A stretch of DNA of 64,000 nucleotides from Vicugna vicugna (taxonomy: Eukaryota): NCBI GenBank assembly GCA_013265495.1, contig MU061578.1, positions 4,909,308 through 4,973,307 of the forward strand. The letters are read 5' to 3'. The translations under genes and the position numbers were made by a program. Shown here piece after piece: positions 25,353 to 36,400 of the stretch (positions are counted from its first letter, which is position 1; each line of letters begins with the position of its first letter). The notes under the pieces were generated by a model that did not search any database, had not been told where the DNA came from, and saw only the letters and a program-made list of their open reading frames with translations.

Positions 25353-28300
25353 GACAGAGAGAGTGTGGAATATTACTTAGCCATAAAAAAGAATGAAATT
25401 CTGCCATTTGCAACAACATGGATGGACCTAGAAGGTATCATGCTTAGTGAAATATGTCAGACAGAGAGAGACAAATACTGTATGTTATCACTTAGATGTG
25501 GAATCTAAAAAATAAAACAAATGAATGTATATAACAAAACAGAAACAGATTCACAGATATAGAGAACAAACTTGTGGTTACCAGTGGGGAGAGGGAAGTG
25601 GAGAAGGGCAACATAGGGGTAGGGGATTAAGAGATATAAATGACTATGTACAAAATAAATAAGCAACAAGCATATACTGTACAGCACAGGGAAATATAAC
25701 CATTATTTTCTAATAAATGGAGCATAATCTATAAAAATAGTGAATCACTATGTTGTATACCTGAAGATAATTTAATATTGTAAATCAACTATACATCAAT
25801 AAAAATTTTTTTAGCAAACTAGAAATAGAAGAAACATTAGGTTAAAATCTCTTGATAAAAGCAGTCAGAAATTTTCATATTTAATAGTGAAATATTTGAA
25901 GCATCTTTATTCAAGTCCTCTGTGTTTTTCTTCTCAGCAGTTCCCCACCACCACCTAACACCTGTCTTCAGGGGAGGAGGCCCCACTCTGGGAATCCAAA
26001 GCCCTGCCTTTAGCTAGGTGATGACCCTTCCAACGTTCTTCCCTAAGCAGACACTCCAGGTAGTTTTCTGGTTTGCATCCCATCACAGCTTCTCCACCCA
26101 CCACTCCCAGATGGTGGAGCACAGAGCTGTCCAGCTGCTTCATAGGGGAGGAAAGAAGGGGAAGGAAGAACGCTGGTTATCTTTCAAAAATGGCATCACA
26201 CTATTTTCATCATCGACTCCAGGGGAACACTTGAATATGGATGGGCACAAATCAGGGTGGCTCACTCCAAGTTCAGGATGGCAAAAACTTGGAAATATCA
26301 CATATGTGCTTGAAATTTTAATAAAGCCAAGTCAAATCTAGAAACTTTCCCTGGATGACTAAGTAGCAGTTAAATTGAATTTGAGTGGGTTTGTATTTAC
26401 TGACCAAGGAAGATCTTTAAAACATAATGTTGAGTTAAAAAGAACGTCGCAGAATGGTAGATAATGGATGATACTGTTTGGCAAAAACAATATAATCGGT
26501 CCTCTGCGGGGAGCACACAGCCATGCAAAAGTCTGGAGGTGCACCCTCACCTGACCACCCTGCTGGGCAGACCCTGTGAGAGATTCAAACAGCCTTACAA
26601 AGAAAATCTATTCATGGGTACATGTCCAGTAGAAAATATGCTTAAAGGGGAAAAAAGTAAAATGTCTTCTATTGACCAGACACTTAGAAGGTGACGAGAG
26701 GTAAAGAAGTGCTGGTCGCTGAGGCTTCCTGCCAAGGAGGCAGGAAGTAAGTGCTCCAACCCCACATGCGGCCTCCAGAATGGGTGTTCACACCGCCACC
26801 CAGTGCTGCATCCAGGCTGCCTAACGTCATCGCTGGCCCATGCACTCCCTGGCACACATCTGTTCCCTTGGCACATGTGGGTGTGCACAGAGCAGAAGCA
26901 GGCCCCTGCCCAGTCCACAACTTACCTTCTGATGCCACTCCCCATCAGGCTGTGTTCCAATCCCAGGTGCGGCAGTGGATTGGCTACTGTCCCCAGTTTG
27001 ATGCCCTGCTGGACCACATGATGGGCCGGGAGACGCTGGTCATGTACACCCGGCTCCGGGGCATCCCTGAGCGCCACAGCAGTGCCTGCGTGGACCAAAT
27101 TCTTGATGACTTACTCATGTACACATATGCCGTCAGCCTAGTGAGGACCTACAGGTGGGACCTGCGGTTCTCTCAGCCCTTCCCCCTTCAGTAATAGATG
27201 CGCTCTGGCTCTTCTCATTGCTGGGATGTAGGGCAAGGCCCATCAGTTCCGTGCTTGGGGTAGTTGTGGGGTCCATGCCACTGCATGGATTTTCGGGGAG
27301 GCAGCCTCTTCTCCAACCCTCCCCTATCCCACTATGAGTACCAGTCAAGGACCTGGGCTGCCCCAAAGCAGTTCTTCCTCTTGGCCCTGGGCAGCTGATA
27401 GGCAGATGCACCACAGCTGTTATACTTCCTGCCACCTCCCAAAGGGCTTCTAATTTTAGGTAGGCTTGCATTTCAAGCACACATTACCTTATCTTGCTGT
27501 GTGTGAGGCATCTAAGCTGTTGATGTTCTGCTGAGAAGCCTAGGGGAGTCCTCAGTCTTGTTGCCAGTGATCCTAACCCAACTCAAACTAGATCTCCAGA
27601 GTCCCAGGACTCCCCCGAGCTGTGCACAGCACCCCTGGAGGTTCGCATTGATTCCTCACTCCCTGGACTGGGAAGTCACATGATGTAGTCCTTGTCTCTT
27701 CCCTCTCTGTTGGCTTCAGTTTCAAGAATGTTTCCTTGTTTCCTTGCATCTTTTCAAGATTAAATGAGTTAACACTTGCAAAGTTTAGAACATTGCCTTG
27801 TATATTGTAAATGCTATGTGTTTGTTTAAAAGAAAGTTAACTAAAATCACCCTATGCCCTTACCCCCATCACCCATAGAAACCCTCAGAGGAGATTTATG
27901 GACCATGTGCTCACCCTGGACTGATGAAATAACTGTCCAGGGGGATGGTTTATATGCTGAGTAGACCGCCAAGCCACAGTGCAACCCTGGTGGAGGGTGG
28001 TGGGCCATGTTACCGAAAGCCCCCACCAAGGGTATGGGGGGAGGATTGCACTATTGGAAACTTACTATTGCCATTCACTCAAACTCTCCTCTTCTTCCCT
28101 AGTGGTGGCAACAAGTGGAAGCTGAGTGCTGGCATCGCCCTGCTTGGAGAGCCTATGTTCATCTTCCTGGATGAGCCGTCCACTGGCATGGACCCCGTGG
28201 CCCGGCGCCTGCTCTGGGGCACTGTGGTGAGGGCCCGCAAATCCGACAAGGCCAATGTCATCACCTCCCACAGGTAGAGCCAGAGTCGGTGTAGGTCAGT

Positions 28301-28602
28301 GGAAGAGCCAGGACAGGGGCTTTTGGGAGGGGTAGGCTGGGAGGGGCTGGGTGGACAGAAGACCTGTCAGCAGCTGGTGAAGAGTCTATAAGAAGAATCC
28401 CTAGGCTCTACTGTGTGAGCCACACCCTGAGCATGGGAATCAGGAACAGCCTGATCTGGGTGTCCACACTTTCCCATGTGCACACCTTTTGACATGGAGG
28501 GCAGGCATCAGCATCCCCCAGTGCGCTATCAAGCCTCTGCCCCCTCTCCCCAGCATGGAGGACTGTGAGGCCTTGTGCACCCAGCTGGCCATGATGGTGT
28601 AG

Positions 28603-28788
<186 letters not shown>

Positions 28789-29599
28789 TGACCCCTGGGA
28801 TGAGGGCCACAAGTTCGTGGGTCCAGGCCCCCCTCCTGTGCCCCTCCAGTCTGGCCCTCACAGGAACATGGTCTCTCCTTTGTGCAGGCAGCATCCTGGA
28901 AGATGAGCAGCAAGGGATGGTCCATTACCACCTGCCCAGCGATGATCTCAGCTGGGCGAAGGTGAGCACATACCTGGGCATCGGAGGGAGCACACTCTGA
29001 TGTCACCTGCTTTCTGGTGTTCTCTTGGGTAAAAGTCTCATTCCGTGCTGCTGCAACATTCACACGGATTTCATAGAACATAAGGTGTTTGAGCCGGAAG
29101 GGACTTTAGAGATCGGCTCCTTCTGCCCCCTCATTTCACAGAGAGGGGAGCAGGCTCGGAGAGGGGATGCCATATGCCCAGAGTCATACAACAAGCCAGG
29201 GGCCCAGCTGGGGCCTTCTGGCACCATTCCCAGTCAGGGTCCCTTTCCCTGAGATCCCAGACAATTGAATTACATAGGACTCACTTCATGAGAGGTGGTC
29301 TAGGGGCAGCTTAGAAAGGGATGGACCTTTGAGGACTTTGTCACAACCCCAAAGGCCCTCCCTCTTTCCGTCCCCTGCTGCCTCCTCTCCCCTTCCCTGT
29401 GCCCCTCGTCCATAGCGGCCTTCTCCCTTCCCACAGGTGTTTGGGATTATGGAGCAAGCTAAGAAGTACATGTTGGAAGACTACACGGTCAACCAGATCT
29501 CTCTGGAAGACATCTTCCTGAGCTTCACCTGCCCTGTGCCCTGCACCCAAGGGGAAAGCAAACAAGGGCAAGCAGAGTCAGCAAGCCCCTCATTACCCT

Positions 29600-29850
29600 C
29601 TCCAACCTCCCTTCCTGCCTCCCTCCCAGCCTCCCTCCCAGCCTCCCTCCCAACCTCCCTTTCCACCTCCCACTCCATCTCCCTCCCAGCCTTTCTCCCA
29701 ACCTTCCTCCCAGGCTCCTTCCTGGCCTCCTACTCCACCTCCCTCCAGGCCTTCCACCTGATCTACCTGGCCTCCCTCCCAGCCTCCCTCTCCATCATAC
29801 TCTCTGCCTGCCTCCTGACCTCCCTCCCAGCCTCCCTCACCACTTCCTTC
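29600..29850 (+). repeat. Degenerate 12-bp tandem repeat (GCCTCCCTCCCA) in the last ABCA17 exon
   Basis: About 20 imperfect units, encoding ASLP or PPSQ repeats depending on frame. Confidence 0.85.
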
Positions 29851-29867
29851 AAAGCCTGGCTTGCTGT

Positions 29868-29873
29868 AATAAA
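29868..29873 (+). terminator. ABCA17 poly(A) signal AATAAA overlapping TAA TAA
   Basis: ctg TAA TAA ag at the end of the Pro/Ser repeat of the last exon. Confidence 0.6.
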
Positions 29874-30359
29874 GAGTTCCCAGCGCCAAGTTAGCCCAGG
29901 TGCACACAGCTTGCCATGGGCTGCAAGGGGTACAGAGGTACTCACAGACCCAGTGAGCCTGGGGGTGGAGGGGTGGGTGTGGCTCTCTGCCAGATTGAGG
30001 CCACTCACCTTAGAGGCCTGGTGGAGAACCCAAGTACATTTCCGTGGAAAACGATCTCCTTGAGTCTCACCTGAGTGACCTGTGGCCTCATTGAGACCTG
30101 GCTGTGGAAGCAGCCTCAGAGGAATACCTGCCATGTCCTGTCAGGAGCATGAAGGCGGTGGGTTTGGGGTGACCATGATTGTAGTGATGCTATACTTCTG
30201 AAGGTCGGAGGAGAGAAGAGACTGACAAGTTTGCTAACCTAAGTCACAATTTTTCAGTATTTAAGTATTTGGATTTGTGGGGCTCCATTTGTTCTCTGCT
30301 CTGGCCCATGTAAATGTTAGAGGTGAGCCTGTTATGTGACCCTGCATCAACCCATGATG

Positions 30360-30660
30360 TGGACATGATTATCATCCCCATTTCCCAGAAAAGTAAGCTG
30401 AGAGTTAGAGATATTCAGCAACTTTCCATGGTCAACAGATGGTAGAACCAGGATTCAACTCAGGCAGAAGTTCTCAAAGTGGAATTCTTGACCAGAAGCA
30501 TCCACGTCATCTTAAAACTTGTTAGAAATGCAGATTCTTGGGCCCTACCCCAGACCTGTTGAATCAGAAATTTGGGGGCCAGAGGCCCAGCAATCTGTGT
30601 TGCAGTGAAACCCTATGTTAACATGTGCTTCTGATGCAGCTCCATTGTGAGAAGCACTGA
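30360..30660. mobile_element. MIR fragment followed by a MER5A-like hAT element
   Basis: attatcatccccatttcccagaaaagtaagctgag (MIR core); cagaagttctcaaagtgg...gttagaaatgcagattcttgggccctaccccagacctgttgaatcagaaa...gagaagcactg (MER5A). Confidence 0.75.
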
Positions 30661-32599
30661 GCTAAGGCCGTGAGCTCAACCATCCAGCTTGAGTGCGGAT
30701 GGACATGGCTATGCGCCTTGGTGAAGAGGGCTCTCCTCTGAGATGTGCCCTGTCAAATAGCCTTTCCCTCTCCAGCGTGGTCACACTGGCCCCTCTGAAA
30801 AGCCCCTTTGGCTCCCCCTTTGCAGGTGGTTCCCTCCCTCCCTGCTCAGCCATGCTCTGGGACGATGGTGTCTACCATCCTTGCCCTGACTCCCTACCTT
30901 CTCTCATGACTCACCGGAATGATAGCACTGTCACATCCCTGGCTGCCACACCCACTCCATTCCTTTTCCCTGTGACTGCTCTGAGGCATTTCACAGTGTC
31001 CCCTGCCCCCTTCTTGCCACTGCCCCTAGTCCCCATTCCTCCCAAGCTCCTTGTCTGCCTCCTCTGAAGGCTCCTCTTCCTTTCTCCCCCAAGTGCAGGG
31101 ATCCCTCAGTCTCCCAGCCTGCTTCACTTTTCCTCACTCCCTCCTCTGCACCCTGCCACCCTTAAGTTTCTTTCTCATTCACCCCTAGGCCTTCAGCTGC
31201 TATCTTATTCCAGCCAGGAACCTTTCTGAGCTTGCAACAATCTAAACTTTTCCAGTGAGTTCTCTCACCCTCCTAAAGCCCAGTGGGAAACAGGCTCTTC
31301 TCACACCCTCTGGGTCCTAGGGGCTCTTCCTGCCAGGGCGGTGGATGGGGGGTCAGGGAAGGTAGGGCTGTAGCATAGCCAGGAGAAGAACGCCTATTTC
31401 TGAAAAATAAGAAAACTACCTCTGAAGAAATAAAAGCGCGCGATAAGAACATAGGAGCAAGATGGAAGACAACCGAGGGACTTGGAGTGATGACAGGTGC
31501 TGTTTTGGACTCCACAAAGATGCAATATCACAGGGGAGTGAGAGTGGTGATTTAGTCCCCTCACAGTGCCACCAAATCCTAACACTGAAAGAGTGCACCT
31601 CTGCCTGGTGTGGGGAGACCAGTAACAAGGAAATGGTGCGGAGGGTGGGGAGGACAACAAAGTACCCAATCAAGAAACAGTAACCAATGGAAACAAAGGT
31701 GGGGTGAAGATGATGAAAAACCTTAGAAGGTTGGGTGGATTCCTTCTGTCCTCTGGTGTCGAACATGGGGCCTCCGCGGAACACGCTCGAAGCTCCCTCT
31801 GCTCTATCCACTACTCTTCCTGTGCACATCACCCTGCCCCTCCTCCACCTCCAGCTTCTAGGGCCTCATATGGCACGTTGTGATTGTGATCATCCATTTG
31901 TTTCTCTGTTTCCTGTTCCAGTCTTGCATGGAGCCTTGGCACCATGACTTCTCCATGTGTACCTGGCTGCTGAGCACAGACCAAGTACCCTGAAGGGGTT
32001 CAGTGAGCTTAAAGGGTGGAGGCACAGGGACTAACTGAGGCTGTGGGGGAGGAGGAGGAGTGCCTTGACCCAGATTCCCTGACTTCTCCAGGAAAAGTCA
32101 CTCTACCTTCCTCCATCAACACTTATCCCAGGAAATTGCATAGTTTTTCTTGTCAGAATGTCTCATGAAAGAGGTGGGATGTGAGCTGGTTCCTGAAAGA
32201 TAGATTGCGTGGGCACTGCCTAATACTTGAGTGAACGGAATGCTCAGCTGTGGCTGCAGCATCCAGTGAAGTACGCGGGTTTGCACTTCTGTTTTGGGAA
32301 GGACTCCCAGGTGACAGGAGATATAGGGAACAAACAGGGGAGGATATCTAGTGCCAGTGAGAGGGTGAGGTCTTGCCCTGGGGCAGGGATGGAGGAGGGA
32401 TCCAGGGTGAGCCACATTTCAAAGGAAGAAGGAGTTAAACGTGCTGGCTGAGTCCATGAAGTCCCAGGTCTCCGAACTCCACTTTCAGCCTTACGATCTA
32501 TGCCAATAGTAGCTCCACTGTTCGCCACCGAACTAGGAGTCTTCTCGCCTGAAGCAAGGGCGGGAAGCAGGGCGTGCAGCTGGAAAGGTCAGGGGCAGC

Positions 32600-33460
32600 C
32601 TGGGCGTGACGGTGCTCTCAGGTGCAGGCTCGGCTCGCCTTCCTCCAAGCAGAAGATCACGTCTGGGTCCTGGCTGCGCCCCGCCGCGCCGCATCCTTCC
32701 GAGAGATCCGAGGCCCAAGGCGCAGCCGGTCCGCTTAGACCTTCACTGACACCCACTGCGCGCAGTGGGCTCGGATCCCCAGGACCTCTGCAGCACAGTC
32801 AGCAGCAAGGCCCAAGACCAGAACAGGCCGGGCCCACCAAGGCCACAGCGTATCCAGAGACGCCCCTGAAGGCTGGCCCTGAACCGCGCACTTTCGGGAC
32901 CCCAGCCCCGGCCGGAGAGGCGGGGCGGCCGCGCAGGCTCCGCCAATCAACAGTCGGCGTTCGAATTCGCGTCCTGGCGCGGCCAATCGAGGACCCCCAG
33001 GGCTGAGGGGGGCGGGGAGAGGGGCGGGGCCTGGCGGACCAGTGGCGCGCGCCCCCCTCGTGCCGGCCAATGGGAGCGCCGGGCGCGTTTGAAAACTCAG
33101 GCGGGCGGCGGGCGGGTTTGCGCCTGCGTGGGGCGGCGCACTCTAGGCCCGCGGGCGGCTCTGGCTGAGGCGGCGGCGGTGGTGATAGCGGCTACGGCTA
33201 TGGGGAGCGGAGGCGGTGAGTAGAGGGGCGCGGAGCGCGGGAGGCGGGCGGCAACGGGGCGGCCTTGAGACTGAGCAGGGCTAGCTCGGGCCTTTCGACC
33301 AGGGATGCGGGTCGTCCCCGCGGCGCCCGCCTGGCGCGCGATTTAAATGTCCGGCGTCGCCCAGCTCCGCGTGAAAGAGCGCGCGGGGCCCGCTACCTGT
33401 CGTGGGCTGTGAGCACCGCTGAGGTTTCAGTGGTTATTACGGTGGCTGTCCTCGAGAAAG
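32600..33460 (+). promoter_or_regulatory. CCNF CpG-island promoter with NF-Y CCAAT boxes, GC boxes and a CHR element
   Basis: CpG-dense. CCAAT at 32943, 32983 and 33067; GGGGCGGGG boxes at about 33008-33030; GGCGCG directly followed by TTTGAA (33088-33093), about 110 bp before the ATG. Confidence 0.8.
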
Positions 33461-36400
33461 GGAATGAGGGGAAGGTAAAATGTGGGGATTGGTCGCCCTG
33501 TGAGTCCGTTTGGCTTTCGCAGCAAGTTAATTGCTGATGAGAAGACCCAGGTGAGGAGCGAGGGGAGTGGGCAGGAAGAAGGCCTGCGGAGGGAGTCGTG
33601 CAGGTGGGCAAGCAGCCACCTCCTGTCGGGCAGGAGGGAGGAACGGGTAGGAAACCAGGTGAATTGTAGGTGATGGGCTACTCCTGCCTGAGAGCTTCTA
33701 GCTCATCAGCTTAGAGTGAGGAAGGAGTTTTTGCAGTTGAAGTTGGAAGGATGCCCTGTGGGGGAGAGGACACTGGGCAGCTCTGACATCCGCAGACCTG
33801 GAACTGGCCTGGCCTCCAAGTCCAGCCTTTGCTTCTCTGCAGGGCAGTCCCTCCTAGTTTGGACTGGAAAACCAGCCTGTCCAAAGCTGACAGATCCTTA
33901 TTAACATTATGCATTTTAGTCATGTGGGCACATAGGACTAAAGAAATCAGCAAGGGTGGAGGGGCTTCCCTGAGAGTGAAATGAAAGGCTGACTGTCATC
34001 AGCGTTGGCTGCTTCTTTCCCCGTTCCTGGTTGTCATCTGGGCTGTGGATCAGAAGGTTTCCCAATACTACTCACCGTAAATGTTTCTGATGAAATGATG
34101 ATGTCTTCTGTAACTCATACACTACTACTCCTTTGTTTAATCTTTGTTTGGGACTATAAATATGGCTGGTTCCTTTTGGGGCAGAGGACAGTATCTGTAG
34201 AATCATGTTAAGATGTAACTTTTCATATCAGCACAACTCCTTTCCAATACATCACATAGACCATTCTGATTTTTTTTCCCTGAAGTAATCCACTGTAGGT
34301 GTGCCAAGTGTTTCTGTTATCCTACAAAGCGAAGAATAAGACGGAGACCCCGAAACCTAACCATCTTGAGTCTCCCAGAAGATGTGCTCTTTCATATCCT
34401 GAAATGGCTTTCTGTTGGCGATATCCTCGCTGTCCGAGCTGTAAGTTGTCAGATCGAAATAGTATCAGCCCTGGAATTGTTGGTTATACCATGAGAGCTT
34501 CGTGTCCTAAATGTCAAAACAAAACTGGCTACAAATGAGGGCAGAAGAGACAACTGTGATATTGGTAATAGATGCTTGAGGTTCTTCTGATTGTGGGAAA
34601 GCTATAACATAATACACTAAGGTTTGAGTCTGCTCTTTGCAATGCTTATTTTAACAGAGAAGATACCTTTTTATGGTAGTGAAATTTGCATCCCTCAAGA
34701 AATAAGGTAGTATTAAAAAGAATAATAGTGTAAACTTGAGGACAAATCCCATGTAATATTCAGCACTGAAGGGGACTCTGGGAGTTATTTTGCAGATGTT
34801 GAAACTGTAGCCTCACTTTGAGTGACTTAACCAAGGACATACTGCAAGTTAGTGGGAAAACTCCAACTAGAACCCACTTCTCTGACTTCCAAAGCTGCCT
34901 CCATTGTGGTCGTAATATCCATGGGTACTGAATTTTCAGTGGCAGTGGGAACTTTAGCCCTTAAAATGCTCACCCGTGCTCAAAGGCCCCCAGCTTGGGC
35001 ATTTCTTGTATTCATCCAGAGCAGAGGCTCCAGGTCCTACCTGAGGCTGCTGTCCTGTGTTTCAGTCTTTTCTGAGAGCCTTTGTTGACCTCCAGGCTCT
35101 AGCTGTATTCCCACTAGCAAGACCCCAGGTAGAGGAGCTCAAAACAGATTTCTGACCTACCTGCTCCCCTTAGAGTTGGATTCCCTGATCCTGAGAGGTA
35201 TATAGCATTACAGAGGTGGTGTCCACTTTCTCAGCCTACATGCTTATTCCCACTTCCAGGACCACTGTCCCCACCTTTAGAGCCACAGAGAAACTTGTTT
35301 CTGGACTCAATTTTCTCTATTCAAAGCAACTCTTAGTTACTTTGATACACAGAGACTCAAGGCCTTTACTGCTGGGATGGGAAGGGAGACAGGAGACCCT
35401 ACACCTATCTGCACCCTGTCTTTAAGCACTGCTTCTGAGAAGTCCCTTGATAATCGCCCGCAGCCCACTCTGTTTCCGCTCTTGTCAGGTACACTCCCAC
35501 CTGAAGTACCTGGTGGACAACCATGCCAGCGTGTGGGCGTGTGCCAGCTTTCAGGAGCTGTGGCCTTCTCCGAAGAACCTGAAGCTCTTTGAAAGGTATC
35601 TCTGCACTCTGAAAACAGCTCGGCTTTCTCCCACCTTTGGGCCCTCCCTGGTATGTCTGTGTCTCAAGGCTTGACCTGGGAACGACCTTCCTCTTGCCGT
35701 TGGCCCTGCCAATGCCTTCTCCCACAGGGAGTGACTGAGGGCTATCAGCTCCACCGATTGGATCACACAAGTTCCATCCAGCACAGGCCTCAGTCCTCCA
35801 CTCCACCAACACAGGCCTGACTCCCATTAGTCACAGCGGTGCTTCTCTGGGGTCCGCTTGGGCTGTGACCCATCCCATGTGACTCAAATGCAGGTCACCG
35901 GCACGCGGAAACTTTACTCAGCCCTCTTAGTCAGAACCATATGATTTGAATCCTATTGCATTTTACTCACATTCTGGAGCTTGGACCTAAATGGAGGGCC
36001 AAAGGGACCGTGAACCCCAGTGTGCCAGTGGTCCTGGGCAGGCTGCCCAAGACATAGTCCACTAATTATACAGTGTACCCACTTAAAGTGTATACCTCAA
36101 TGGTTTTTAATACATTCACAGAGTTATGTAACCATCAACACTGTCTAACTTTAGAACATACTCATTACCCCAAAATGAAGCCCACTATCCTTTAGCAGTC
36201 ACTTACTATTTTCCCTGTAATCCCCCAAACACCGGGCAGTCCCTAATCTGCTTTCTGTCTCTGCACATTTGCCTACTCTGGACATTTCTTGTGAGTGGAG
36301 TCATGCAATGTATGGCCTTTTGTGACTGACTTATTTCACTTAAGCATGTTTTCAAGGCTCATCCATGTTGTAGTATGTCATCATTAACGGATATTTGGCT

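Larger units (their letters stand above)
23990..25806 (+). mobile_element. L1 3' portion (about 1.8 kb, ORF2 C-terminus and 3' UTR) with an internal retrocopy insertion
   Basis: ORF pieces [28 protein letters not shown]...CTPMFIAVLFTIAKIWKQPECPSTDEWI; ends caactatacatcaataaaaa. Confidence 0.92.
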
